Shown piece after piece: positions 20,331 through 29,669 of a stretch of 64,000 bases of DNA. Numbering within the stretch: the first letter of the stretch is position 1; every line of letters starts with the position of its first letter. A model generated the notes under the pieces. The model ran no database searches, had not been told where the DNA came from, and saw only the letters and a program-made list of their open reading frames with translations. Source of the DNA: an uncultured Collinsella sp. Its GTDB lineage: Bacteria > Actinomycetota > Coriobacteriia > Coriobacteriales > Coriobacteriaceae. Where the stretch lies: NCBI GenBank assembly GCA_958346515.1, contig CATVRV010000001.1, positions 24,193-88,192 on the forward strand, in the 5' to 3' direction. A program made the position numbers and the translations under genes.

Positions 20331-20693
20331 GGTGCAAGGGGGACGGGTTAGTTTGCATCACAGCTGGGGCGACTATCCCTCCGATTGGCTTCCCAGCCAA
20401 AGTAAAGTTGTTTAAACATATACATAATTCCACTGAATATAGCCGGTATGATGCAAAACTGTTAACAGATAAATATCAACTGGTATTAAATTAAAAGACC
20501 TATTGACCTGCGGTTTACATGATTGGTATCTATATATTATTTTATGCATTGTGGCATAGACGAACCGTCTTAGAAGGTACTCCCCAATGGGTTCTTGCAA
20601 TGCGCTAGGTAGGTTCTCGTTGATGTTGGGGCTTGTGTTCGATCCGACGATTCGCCGTATTCCACACTGTGTTGTAGGAATTAGGGGACAACT

Positions 20694-23600
20694 ATGGACG
20701 CACACCGCTCACGGTCGCTGGGTATGGCGGCTCTGATTTTCATTTTGATTTGCCTCACCGCCGCAGTGTTTTACGGTGCGGCCCCCGTGCGCGCCGAGGA
20801 CGTGAGCACGCCGACGCCGATTGTGATTGATGGGACGACGGCGGACGTTACGGTTGGGCTGTTTACCGACGAGAGCCATACTCAAAAGCTCGATAGCGCT
20901 GTAACGTCTACTTCGAAGCTCTATGGAGCTTTCTCGGCAATGTTCAACACCGGCAAGGAGCCTAAGCCCGGGAATAACATCGCTGTCTATGAGTTTCTCG
21001 ATACCATTGTCGTCGACGATAACGACGGTGGCGACCTCATGGAGGGTCCGGAGGCTACCGCCGCCAAGGCTGGCACATGGAAGATCAAGGGCAACAAGGT
21101 TATCTTTACGTTTGACGAGGCGTGGCTCTCGTCCAATCCCGCAGACGTTCATGTCGCGGCGAACTTCTCGTTCCAGCTTAAAAACAAGGATGTCGGTTCT
21201 GGTGGCAACGCATCTGTCGTGTTCCCCGGTATGGGAACGATCAATATCCCCACCAAGGACGGCAATGTCACGGGGGAGAAGTCGGGGGCCTTCTCCCAGG
21301 GCGCCGACGGCGTGGCCAAGGTGACCTGGACCGTTAAACTCACCGTCGAGTCATATGCCACGAACGTCAAGTTCACCGATACGCTGGGCGCCAACTTCGA
21401 ATTTGTGAAAGACAGCTTTAAGCTCGATAACAAGACGATTGGATCGCAGCCAAAAATCGAAGGTCAGACCGCGACCATCGAGAACTTGGGCAGCCTTCCC
21501 CAAGGTGTCCATACGATTACGTATGAAACCAAGCTGAAGAGAGATATCTCCGCGAAAAACGGAGAGTTCATCCACAATCAACCTGCATCCAAAAACACAG
21601 CAGCCTGGGAGTGGGGCGTCGGCGATCGTCCTAGCGGCAAGATTGAGGACGTCGCACCCAGCAGCTTCCGTTATGACATGATTCAGAAGACGGGCAAGGG
21701 CACCCCGTCCGACATCGTATGGACAGTCAAACTCAACCAAGGCGAGCTCAAGGCTGACATGAGTGGCTACAAGTTCACCGATAAGTTGGACGCTAAACAA
21801 ACGTATACGGGGAGTTACACGGTTTACAAAGGTACGTCAGAATCGGATGGAGTCAAGATCTACGAGCGTGCTCTTGATTCGTCGAAAGATACCTTTTCCT
21901 ATACGTTCCCGGACAACCTTAACGATAAATATGCCACCTACTGCATCGTTTATCACACCAAGATGAACGATACGAACTCGTACGACACCGTGCGCAACAG
22001 CGCGACCATCGAGCGCAAAGGTTCCGTTTCCGGTACGGATGATGGCAGTTTCACGCCGCAGCTGACGGGTGTTGTGCCGATCACCAAGAGGCTCGTGAGA
22101 TACGATGAGGCGGCGACGACGGGCAGGGCGACGTGGGAGACGAAGGTCGCGCTGAAGGCGATCGTCAATGCGGCCCATCCAGGCGAGGTGACGGTGAAGG
22201 ACACGTTTCAGTCGGCATGGTCGCAGAAACTTGGTGTCGACGAAAGCTCCATTACCATTAAAATCGGCAATACCGAGCTGGTTCCGGGCACCGACTGGAG
22301 ACCAACGACCAGCTATCCGGGTAATGAAACAAAGAAAAACTACGACCTCAAAATCATCGTTACCGACAACGTGAAAGCCGCTCTCGAGAACGAGGACTAC
22401 GCCGTTATCACCTACGACACCACATCAGAAGCGCTGTCGGGCTGGTACTCAAACTTCGCAGCGGTCGAAGCGCCGGGCCTGAGACTACAGTGGCCGTTCA
22501 CCGAACCCATCAAGTACGTTGTCAACCGAGAAACGATGCCCGCGGTCGAGAAGCCGGAAGCGGAGTCGAAGGTGTCTTGGGCTGAGAACTTCGATTGGCA
22601 TACCGTTGACGGCTCGGATGAGAAGGGCGCCTGGATCGTCGACTGGACGGTGTATGCAAACCGCCAAAAGGGTAATAAGGGCGCAAATGGCGAGTTCGAA
22701 TACTATGGAGCTGGAAAGCTGGGCGGGAAACCGCTGAATATCGTTGATAGCCTTCCGGATGGTATGAGCTATGTTGCGAATTCCGCAAAGTATACGCTCG
22801 TGCAGAACCCCTATGATAAACATACGGGGCTTCATCGCGGAGGCGAGGCCAAGGAGGTCGTTACGGGTCGGACGCTCGCCGCCGACAACGTCAGCCGCAA
22901 CGGCAATACGGTCACCTTCTCCATCCCCACGACTGAGCTTGAAAGCTATGCCGGCTACGCAAAGCTCACGTACAAGACGGCGGTCAAGCGCGGCGAGCTC
23001 GATACCTCCACAAACGAGGTGAAGTTCACCAACAAGGCCAGCGCGGGGTCAGGAGTTAAAAAGTTCGATTCCGGTAAAGGTGACGTCATCATTAAGAACA
23101 ACGTCATCAAAAAGTCCGGCGAGCAGGTTGCCAATAGCAATCGCATCAAATACACCATTCTTGTTAACGAGTCTGCCGTTGCCCTTAAAAATGGCACCGA
23201 CTTCCTTGAGCTCGTCGATACCATGGATGCCAAGTGCGCGCTGGTGCCGTCGACGTTTAAGGTCTATGAGCAGGTGAATGGTGCCTGGTCACCGCTGGCT
23301 GATAAGGACTATTCGTCGAAGATGGAGCAAGTCAAGGATGAATCTGGCTCGCGTACGAAGTTGACTCTTGAGGTGCCCGACGGGAAATACCTCAAGGTCG
23401 AGTATGAGGTTATCCCGACCGGAAACCCCGGCGAAGAGGTGTCCCTTTCCAACACCGCCGAGCTTGCGGGGGTGACGGAGGGTTCGGCGGTCGACGAGCA
23501 AAAATGGAAGATTCAAAATGCGTCCGCCAGCGCGGGCGGCAACGGCTACAGCATCACGATGACCAAGTACGACGCCCAGCAGGTTGGCGCGACGCTCGAG

Positions 23601-24446
23601 GGGGCGAAGTTCACACTCTACAGCGTGGATATGGGCCAGGTTGCGGATGACGGAAATGTAGAGAACGCCAGAACGCCGTTTGACGAGGCCGCGATCGACG
23701 TCCCCACCGACGCCAACGGCAAAATCTCGTTCGGCACAAGCGACAAGAAGATGAGTAATTGCGTGCTCTATCAGCTCGTGGAGACCAAGGCGCCTGTTGG
23801 CTATGCCAAGGCCGATCCCACGTGGATCATGCTCAAGGGCAGCGCGAGCGACAAGGATTATCAGGCTGCGCTAACTAAGGCAAAGGACATCGTCGACGGT
23901 GCGGAGATCATCGACGATACAAAGAAGGACGAGATCTGGGTCTACGACAACCGCATGACGGGCAAGGCGGTTATTAACGCAGAGAAGGTGCTCGCAGGCG
24001 GAACGTTCAAGGAAGGTCAGTTCTCGTTCGCGCTCAAGGATGACAAGGACAGGGTGCTCCAAACGGTGACCAACGATGCCATGGGCAACGTCTCCTTCAA
24101 CGTCGACTACAACAAGGCCGATACCTATACTTATACCATCTCTGAGGTCGTCCCCGAGGGCGCCGAGAACAACGTCAAGGACCACATCACCTACGACAGG
24201 ACCCAGCACAAGGTCACGGTTAAGGTGGACAACGGTGAGAGGAATCTCGTCGCCACCGTCACCTACGACAATGGCTCTTCGACCCCGCCGACTTTTACCA
24301 ACAGATACTCGACCACGCTTCCCGAGGCAGGCGGTGCCGGCTTGACTATGACGTATCTGGCTGGCGCTTCGCTGCTGTGCTTTGCCGCGACATGGATGCA
24401 TGCTCACCGCCATCGCGATCAAGATCGAGGTGGTCGCCGTGAGTAG
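20694..24446 (+). CDS. Cell-wall-anchored adhesin or putative pilus tip protein with Cna-B / SpaA-type isopeptide domains (sorting motif LPEAG)
   Basis: 1250-aa ORF with a signal peptide (MAALIFILICLTAAVFYGAAPVRA). It has repeated Ig-like domain signatures, an E-box-like YQLVETKAPVGYAK and an FctA-like terminal domain (GQFSFALKD...YTYTISEV...YDRTQHKVTVKV...TFTNRY). The C-terminus is LPEAG plus a hydrophobic stretch plus a basic tail. Confidence 0.9.
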   Translation: MDAHRSRSLGMAALIFILICLTAAVFYGAAPVRAEDVSTPTPIVIDGTTADVTVGLFTDESHTQKLDSAVTSTSKLYGAFSAMFNTGKEPKPGNNIAVYEFLDTIVVDDNDGGDLMEGPEATAAKAGTWKIKGNKVIFTFDEAWLSSNPADVHVAANFSFQLKNKDVGSGGNASVVFPGMGTINIPTKDGNVTGEKSGAFSQGADGVAKVTWTVKLTVESYATNVKFTDTLGANFEFVKDSFKLDNKTIGSQPKIEGQTATIENLGSLPQGVHTITYETKLKRDISAKNGEFIHNQPASKNTAAWEWGVGDRPSGKIEDVAPSSFRYDMIQKTGKGTPSDIVWTVKLNQGELKADMSGYKFTDKLDAKQTYTGSYTVYKGTSESDGVKIYERALDSSKDTFSYTFPDNLNDKYATYCIVYHTKMNDTNSYDTVRNSATIERKGSVSGTDDGSFTPQLTGVVPITKRLVRYDEAATTGRATWETKVALKAIVNAAHPGEVTVKDTFQSAWSQKLGVDESSITIKIGNTELVPGTDWRPTTSYPGNETKKNYDLKIIVTDNVKAALENEDYAVITYDTTSEALSGWYSNFAAVEAPGLRLQWPFTEPIKYVVNRETMPAVEKPEAESKVSWAENFDWHTVDGSDEKGAWIVDWTVYANRQKGNKGANGEFEYYGAGKLGGKPLNIVDSLPDGMSYVANSAKYTLVQNPYDKHTGLHRGGEAKEVVTGRTLAADNVSRNGNTVTFSIPTTELESYAGYAKLTYKTAVKRGELDTSTNEVKFTNKASAGSGVKKFDSGKGDVIIKNNVIKKSGEQVANSNRIKYTILVNESAVALKNGTDFLELVDTMDAKCALVPSTFKVYEQVNGAWSPLADKDYSSKMEQVKDESGSRTKLTLEVPDGKYLKVEYEVIPTGNPGEEVSLSNTAELAGVTEGSAVDEQKWKIQNASASAGGNGYSITMTKYDAQQVGATLEGAKFTLYSVDMGQVADDGNVENARTPFDEAAIDVPTDANGKISFGTSDKKMSNCVLYQLVETKAPVGYAKADPTWIMLKGSASDKDYQAALTKAKDIVDGAEIIDDTKKDEIWVYDNRMTGKAVINAEKVLAGGTFKEGQFSFALKDDKDRVLQTVTNDAMGNVSFNVDYNKADTYTYTISEVVPEGAENNVKDHITYDRTQHKVTVKVDNGERNLVATVTYDNGSSTPPTFTNRYSTTLPEAGGAGLTMTYLAGASLLCFAATWMHAHRHRDQDRGGRRE

Positions 24447-26091
24447 GCTTTGGTGCCGCTTGTTGGCCGTCGCGACGATAGCTACGGTCGCTATGTTCTC
24501 TTTTGCGATGCTGCCCAGGACGGCTCGTGCTGCCGACACCGGTGCCATTACGGTGGACGGTACAGTCGCGACGCGGTATGACGCGTACCAGCTCTTTTCG
24601 GCGACAGTTATCGATGATGACGATGCTGGCCATAAAATTGCAACTGACGTAACGTGGGCGAATGGCGCGGTTCGTCAAGCCGTTCTTCCCGTGCTTTATG
24701 ATGCGGGGCTTGATGGCTCGGCATCGGCGGCGCAAGAGACTGCCGAATGGATGAATGCCGAAGGGCATATGACGACCGCGCTGACGGCAAAGCTTGCCCG
24801 CGCGATTTGCAATGCCGACGCAACTTCCGTGGCCCTTAACGCGGGCACGGCGGCCGAGCTGCCCTGCGGCTACTGGCTCATCGTCGCCAAAGACGACGCC
24901 ATCGCCCAGGGCGAGGCCGGCACCGCGCCGATCATGGCCCTGGTGGGCGGCAGCGCCGTCACCGTCAAGCCCAAGGCCGCGACCCCCAAGGTGTCCAAGC
25001 ACGTGCTGGAGGACAGCGCCGCCGCCTGGCAGAAGGCCGCCGACGCCACGGTCGCCGACGACCTGTACTGGCGCCTCTCTGCCACGGTCCCGGCGGGCCT
25101 CACGGCCTACGACACCTATACGGTGCGGTTCGTCGACACCATGAGCGCGGGGCTCGACCCCTCCAAGGTCGCCGCGAGCATGCGCGTGTACGTGGCGGCG
25201 GGCGCGGACGGCGGCTTCGACGCGGTCCAGACCGACAAGGACGGCCGCGTCGGCACCGAGCCCGCGAAGGGCTGGACCGACATCACGGCCCAGTGCGCCA
25301 CCAAGGTGGCGGTCGACGGTAAGACCTTCACCGTGCGCACCGGCGACCTCATCGCCGCGCTCGGCGGGGTCGACGCCTTCACCGCGGGCGCCCGCGTGGT
25401 TGCTGTCTACGATGCGCCGTTGGGGGCCAGCTGCAATAGGGGCGCTACCAAGGGCAACCCCAACGAGGTCTGCCTGCGCTACCCGCGCTCTCCTCTCGCC
25501 GACCAGTCCGGCGACGCCGGCTTCACCCGCACGCCGAGCGATGACGCGTGCGCCTACACCTGGGGACTCAGTCTGATCAAGCGCTCAAGCTCGGACGATA
25601 AACCGCTCGCGGGCGCCAAGCTGCGCATCATCGATGACCGCGGGCGCATCCTAACGACCGACGGCTCGTGGTCGACGGATGCCGCCGCGTGCGTCACCAC
25701 GGGCGCGGACGGCCATGTGGAATTGAGCGGTGTGGACGCGGGTGTCTACACCGTCGAAGAGGTCGCGGCTCCCAAGGGATACACCGCCTTTGAGGGCAAG
25801 CGAACGGTAACGGTTACGTCCGAGGGATTGGACGTTAAACAGGTTGCAGCCGCGAAGCCCAAGGTGACCGTGTCGGCCGAAAGCCCTCTGCGGGTTGATA
25901 CCGCTGATGCCGGGACGGGTTCGATTGAACTGTCGGTGCTCAACACTCCAAGCAAAGAAGCAAGTCGAGGCTTTATGCCCTCGATGGGAGATAGAACGTT
26001 GGTGCTGGTGGCGGCTTTGGCTGCCATCGGAGTGGCGGCTATTGTTGTCGCGCTCGTCATCAAGCGGGGAGGCGGTCGTCGTGAAAAATAA
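24439..26091 (+). CDS. Putative backbone (major) pilin, SpaA/FimA-like, with atypical sorting motif MPSMG
   Basis: I moved the start to the GTG at 24439, which overlaps the adhesin stop by 8 nt. It has a signal peptide ...MLPRTARA/AD and a pilin-motif-like AVTVKPK lysine. It also has the E-box YTVEEVAAPKGYT and a C-terminal FMPSMG plus TM plus KRGGGRREK. Confidence 0.85.
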   Translation: MSRLWCRLLAVATIATVAMFSFAMLPRTARAADTGAITVDGTVATRYDAYQLFSATVIDDDDAGHKIATDVTWANGAVRQAVLPVLYDAGLDGSASAAQETAEWMNAEGHMTTALTAKLARAICNADATSVALNAGTAAELPCGYWLIVAKDDAIAQGEAGTAPIMALVGGSAVTVKPKAATPKVSKHVLEDSAAAWQKAADATVADDLYWRLSATVPAGLTAYDTYTVRFVDTMSAGLDPSKVAASMRVYVAAGADGGFDAVQTDKDGRVGTEPAKGWTDITAQCATKVAVDGKTFTVRTGDLIAALGGVDAFTAGARVVAVYDAPLGASCNRGATKGNPNEVCLRYPRSPLADQSGDAGFTRTPSDDACAYTWGLSLIKRSSSDDKPLAGAKLRIIDDRGRILTTDGSWSTDAAACVTTGADGHVELSGVDAGVYTVEEVAAPKGYTAFEGKRTVTVTSEGLDVKQVAAAKPKVTVSAESPLRVDTADAGTGSIELSVLNTPSKEASRGFMPSMGDRTLVLVAALAAIGVAAIVVALVIKRGGGRREK

Positions 26092-26282
26092 TTGCCCCCC
26101 TGCTTAATGGCGTGCTGCCTCCGTAGCGAGTGACGCACAGGCCTACCGACCTGATGATCATTGGTTTTGAAAAAGTTACTAGAGAACCCTCCAAGAAAAG
26201 CGGGGCACCCGGTCGACATGACCGAGTGCCCCGCTTCGTTTGTTGGTGCAAAGTAACCTGGCACCTTTGTGGTGGTTGGTGG

Positions 26283-27428
26283 CTAAGCGGTGGGGAGTCC
26301 TGGCATGTTAGCCGGCTGCTGCGGCTTGAGGTGGGCGTTGCGCCAGATGATCTGGATAACGTAGCCGAGCATAAAGACAAAGGCTACGCCGCTGATGAAG
26401 TCACCTACGAGGGGAAGCCCCGTGAGGGCGCCTGCGATTACGCCGCCCACGGCTGCCATGGCGTAGCGGTTTTGGTTGTGTCCGACCATGCGGGAGATCG
26501 CGCACCCCGCAAAGGCACTCGACACCAACGCGATGCCGATAACGCCGCACAAGAGGGCTCCGGCAAGCGACAGACCAGCGATAGAGATAATTAGCAGTAG
26601 GACGGCGGGGACGATAGCAATCGTGCCCAGAAGACCGCTCACCCACAGGGGTATGGGGCGCTGGTGGAGCATGCCGGCGGCGCTGGCGGTCGCGCGCGGA
26701 AAGACGAGCTCGAGCAGCAGAGCGACAAAGCAGGTCGAGAGTGCCGCGGCGACGATACCGCCGATGACATCGTTAACGGTGGAAGTATCCTCGTTCTCGG
26801 TGCGGTCGATCTTGAGCGCGCCTACCTCGGCTCCTGCGGCACGCTCGGGGTCCTCGGAGACGTGCGCGTTCACGGTGCCGGTGATGTGGGCGTTCTTGCC
26901 CAGGATGAGCTTGTCGGCCCAAACCTCGACATCGCCCTCGACGGTGCCATCGATGGTCACCGTGTCGCCCGCAAGCGCTGCCGACTTGGTAGAGCCGCGC
27001 AGGGCAACCGTCTCGCCTATCGCGTAAAAACAGTTGGCGGTGCTGTCGGAATTGAGCACAACGTGCTGACCGACGACCGTGACGCTGCCATCAACCGTGG
27101 TCTTGGCGATATCGATAGTGCGTGCCGCCAAGCGGACGGCGCCGCCCACCGTGCAGTCGCGGATGGAGAGGCTCTCGCCTGCTGCAATTATGTCGCGGCC
27201 GATGGACGCATCGTCCAAGTTGAGGGCCTGACCTGCCCAGTACAGGTCACCTTCGACGCCGGACGAATTGGCGTCATTGTCGGTCGCAAGTACGTTGCCT
27301 GCGGTGTCCGTGCCGGCGAACGACGCCGTGGGAAGCGCGGTGACCGCTAGAGCGATGAGCGCGAATAAGATCGTGATGCGGCCCCACGCTTTACGGCGCT
27401 GGGTCGACGGGAATTGATTACAGGGCAT
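26283..27428 (-). CDS. Exported bactofilin-like (polymer-forming beta-helix repeat) domain fused to a C-terminal polytopic membrane domain
   Basis: N-terminal signal peptide (ITILFALIALAVTALPTASFA). About 180 aa of degenerate beta-helix repeats follow (IGRDIIAAGESLSIRDCTVGGAVRLAARTIDI...GDTVTIDGTVEGDVEVWADKLILGKNAHITGTV), then 4-5 TM helices. I trimmed the start to the ATG at 27428, preceded by AAGGA. Confidence 0.7.
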   Translation of the reverse strand: MPCNQFPSTQRRKAWGRITILFALIALAVTALPTASFAGTDTAGNVLATDNDANSSGVEGDLYWAGQALNLDDASIGRDIIAAGESLSIRDCTVGGAVRLAARTIDIAKTTVDGSVTVVGQHVVLNSDSTANCFYAIGETVALRGSTKSAALAGDTVTIDGTVEGDVEVWADKLILGKNAHITGTVNAHVSEDPERAAGAEVGALKIDRTENEDTSTVNDVIGGIVAAALSTCFVALLLELVFPRATASAAGMLHQRPIPLWVSGLLGTIAIVPAVLLLIISIAGLSLAGALLCGVIGIALVSSAFAGCAISRMVGHNQNRYAMAAVGGVIAGALTGLPLVGDFISGVAFVFMLGYVIQIIWRNAHLKPQQPANMPGLPTA

Positions 27429-27534
27429 AGTGAATCCTTCGTCAGATGCTCGACATGCACCTAACAGGGTACCCAACGCGTGGGCGCTCTAAAAGAACCT
27501 CTCGGTTGCATTTCGAAGGATGAGCCCGCGCCAC

Positions 27535-28224
27535 CTACTTTTTGCGGTGCAAAAAGCGTGCGATGTCATCCTCGGTGGGGCTTTTGATATCAAAGCGCAG
27601 CGACAGCCAGCGTAGTCCCATGGTCACCACGACGCAAACGACCAGTGCGACGACATTGCTGACCAAGCCGCTCATGACAAGGCAAACATAGCTTGCCGAT
27701 CCGGCGATGGCCGCGATGGCATAGAAGTTGGTGCGTTGGAAGATACCCGGCACCACACCCATAAAACCATCTCGCAGCATGCCGCCGCCCACCGCGGTAA
27801 AAAAGCCCATCATGATGCACACCGCCGGCGCAAAGCCGTAGACCAGCGCCTTGTCTGCGCCGGTTGCCGCATAAATACCCACCGAGATGATATCGAGCAG
27901 GGGAATGAGCTTTTCGGGCTTGTCGACGATTGCCGGGAAGATGTAGATGATGGCCGCGGTGGCGATGGAGAGCGGGAGCGCCATCGGTTGGTTGAGGATG
28001 TAGACGTTGCCCACCTGCAGCGTCATATCGCGCAAAAGACCGCCGCCCAGTCCACAGACCACGGCGAGCGCGACGGCGCCCACCAGGTCGAGTTTGTGCT
28101 CGCGTGCGACCAACACGCCCGAGATCGATGCCGCGACGACGGCGAACATCTCGAGCCAAAACGGGATGGCAACCATGGCATCCGAGGCGTGTGCGGTAAC
28201 GATCATAGCGGCGGCAACGGGCAA
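27535..28224 (-). CDS. Trimeric intracellular cation channel / UPF0126 (YadS/YicG) family membrane protein
   Basis: 229-aa, 7-TM ORF with two UPF0126 repeats (DLVGAVALAVVCGLGGGLLRD and ...FFTAVGGGMLRD). Confidence 0.85.
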   Translation of the reverse strand: MPVAAAMIVTAHASDAMVAIPFWLEMFAVVAASISGVLVAREHKLDLVGAVALAVVCGLGGGLLRDMTLQVGNVYILNQPMALPLSIATAAIIYIFPAIVDKPEKLIPLLDIISVGIYAATGADKALVYGFAPAVCIMMGFFTAVGGGMLRDGFMGVVPGIFQRTNFYAIAAIAGSASYVCLVMSGLVSNVVALVVCVVVTMGLRWLSLRFDIKSPTEDDIARFLHRKK

Positions 28225-28504
28225 GATGGGGTCCTTTGAGTTACGGGTTTAGACAATGCCCGTACATAGTACATGTTCGGCGCCGATTGCGACCCTATTG
28301 CTCGGCAAACGGTCGGGACTGGGTACGGTCATAGGTTCCATGTTTGGGGATCCGGGTTGATGCTGAACGCGATGGGGGCGTGGTCGAATAGGAGGGATGT
28401 CCAAATTTTGAGCTCCGCTCAAAATTTATCCGGTCGGCTTGCGCCGACCGCGCTGCGCTAAAAACGCGCCACGGGCGCGTTTTCTTTACGCTCCGGGCCC
28501 TGGC

Positions 28505-28529
28505 GGGTTCGAATCCCTCCTCCTCCGCC
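28505..28529 (+). repeat. Inverted 25-nt copy of the 3' end (T-arm + acceptor) of tRNA-Ser(CGA)
   Basis: gggttcgaatccctcctcctccgcc on the + strand is the exact reverse complement of 28595-28619, which lies inside the minus-strand tRNA-Ser gene. I could not fold the upstream sequence into a tRNA 5' half. Confidence 0.85.
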
Positions 28530-28593
28530 GTGTTTGCTTGTTGGGGACTCAAAACAAAAAAGCTCCCATTCTCGGGAGCTTTCTCAACCAAAA

Positions 28594-28684
28594 TGGCGGA
28601 GGAGGAGGGATTCGAACCCTCGTGACCTTATACAGGCCAAACGGTTTTCGAGACCGCCGCATTCAACCACTCTGCCACCCCTCC
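28594..28684 (-). tRNA. tRNA-Ser (anticodon CGA)
   Basis: 91-nt class II tRNA: acceptor GGAGGGG/CTCCTCC, anticodon loop CTCGAAA, long variable arm, T-loop TTCGAAT, encoded CCA. A terminator-like hairpin lies at 28556-28585. Confidence 0.93.
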
Positions 28685-28732
28685 GCGTGGGGTAAAAACA
28701 AAGCAGGCTCGAAGGCCTGCTTTGGAATTAAC

Positions 28733-28823
28733 TGGCGGAGAGTCAGGGATTTGAACCCTGGAGACGCTTTTGACGCCTACACGATTTCCAATCGTGCTCC
28801 TTCGGCCACTCGGACAACTCTCC
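28733..28823 (-). tRNA. tRNA-Ser (anticodon GGA)
   Basis: 91-nt class II tRNA: acceptor GGAGAGT/ACTCTCC, anticodon loop TTGGAAA, long variable arm, T-loop TTCAAAT, encoded CCA. Confidence 0.93.
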
Positions 28824-29327
28824 GTTAAATGCGAAAGTCAGTATACACGAGGAATCGCAAAGTGCAAACAGAAAAGTTGGCATTTTTTAAAACGCTTGGC
28901 CGCGTTTGGCGTTGCAGCGGGGTTTGAGATGCCAAAAAACGGCTTCCGACCAGCGTAGTTGATCAACTCAATTGTTCAAAAGGGGTATTTATAAGCGATT
29001 TGGCAATGAATTTAAAAATCTTTGGGTGGTGCTGTGGGCCACTGGTATGCATTTTGTGACCACAACCATGCGCCCGTTGACCTGCGACTTGGCTCAGCTT
29101 GTCCTCACGGCACCGTATCTTGTCCACAGATCCGTCAAGCTTTTGGTCAGCATTTGGTTGGAATGCGCATGAAACGTCGTGCGAGTATGGGCATATGTGG
29201 AGGTCATGAGGTTGTAGCTGCATATTCTTGCAGCCTAGGAGGTTGAAAGATATTATTACCAAGTCTTTTCCTGCTTCAGGCGCACCTTCACGACCTGAAG
29301 CCACATTTGCCCAGAGGAGGTGACAAT

Positions 29328-29621
29328 ATGAAGGCTTATGAACTGCTGTTCTTTGTTGACCCGTCGCTCGACCCCGAGACTCGTCTCGCTGTTATGAAGC
29401 GTATCGATACCACGATCGCTGAGGGCGCTGGCAAGGTCGACTCCGTTGACGAGTGGGGCAAGCGCAAGCTCGCCTACGAGATCAACGACCTCACCGATGG
29501 TGACTACACCCTCATCAACTTCCACGCAGATCCTACCCAGATCGCCGAGCTTGATCGCGTCCTGCGCATCACCGACGCTGTGGTCCGCCACATGATCGTC
29601 CGTCGCGACGACCAGGAGTAA
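29328..29621 (+). CDS. rpsF: 30S ribosomal protein S6
   Basis: MKAYELLFFVDPSLD... is the typical S6 N-terminus. The ATG at 29328 lies 7 nt after GAGGAGG. Confidence 0.95.
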   Translation: MKAYELLFFVDPSLDPETRLAVMKRIDTTIAEGAGKVDSVDEWGKRKLAYEINDLTDGDYTLINFHADPTQIAELDRVLRITDAVVRHMIVRRDDQE

Positions 29622-29669
29622 GACTGTCGTTTTGGACTGGGCTTGTGCCCCAAGAGGAAGTAGTGAGTT

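Noticed and set aside
20333-20693. Invertible (phase-variable) promoter upstream of the adhesin gene
   Set aside because: The region is AT-rich, but the best inverted repeat I found is only ~9 bp (tttgcatca at about 20352 / tgatgcaaa at about 20448). No recombinase gene is nearby, so the support is insufficient.
28380-28531. Possible tmRNA, tRNA-Sec or extra tRNA on the plus strand ending in GGGTTCGAATCCCTCCTCCTCCGCC
   Set aside because: No complementary 5' acceptor strand (GGCGGAGG...) or D-arm lies upstream within tRNA or tmRNA distance. The T-stem is mismatched (GCGGG/CCCTC), there is no CCA or resume-codon/tag region, and the 5' GGGGGCG at 28383 does not pair with the 3' end. I treat it as a tRNA 3'-end remnant instead.
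28963-29304. ORFs of 66-113 aa in the tRNA-Ser/rpsF spacer (28963-29304 minus, 28972-29172 plus, 29022-29246 plus)
   Set aside because: They mutually overlap in different frames, have no SD sequences and are Cys/His-rich with odd composition. The region is more likely an untranslated leader or ncRNA.
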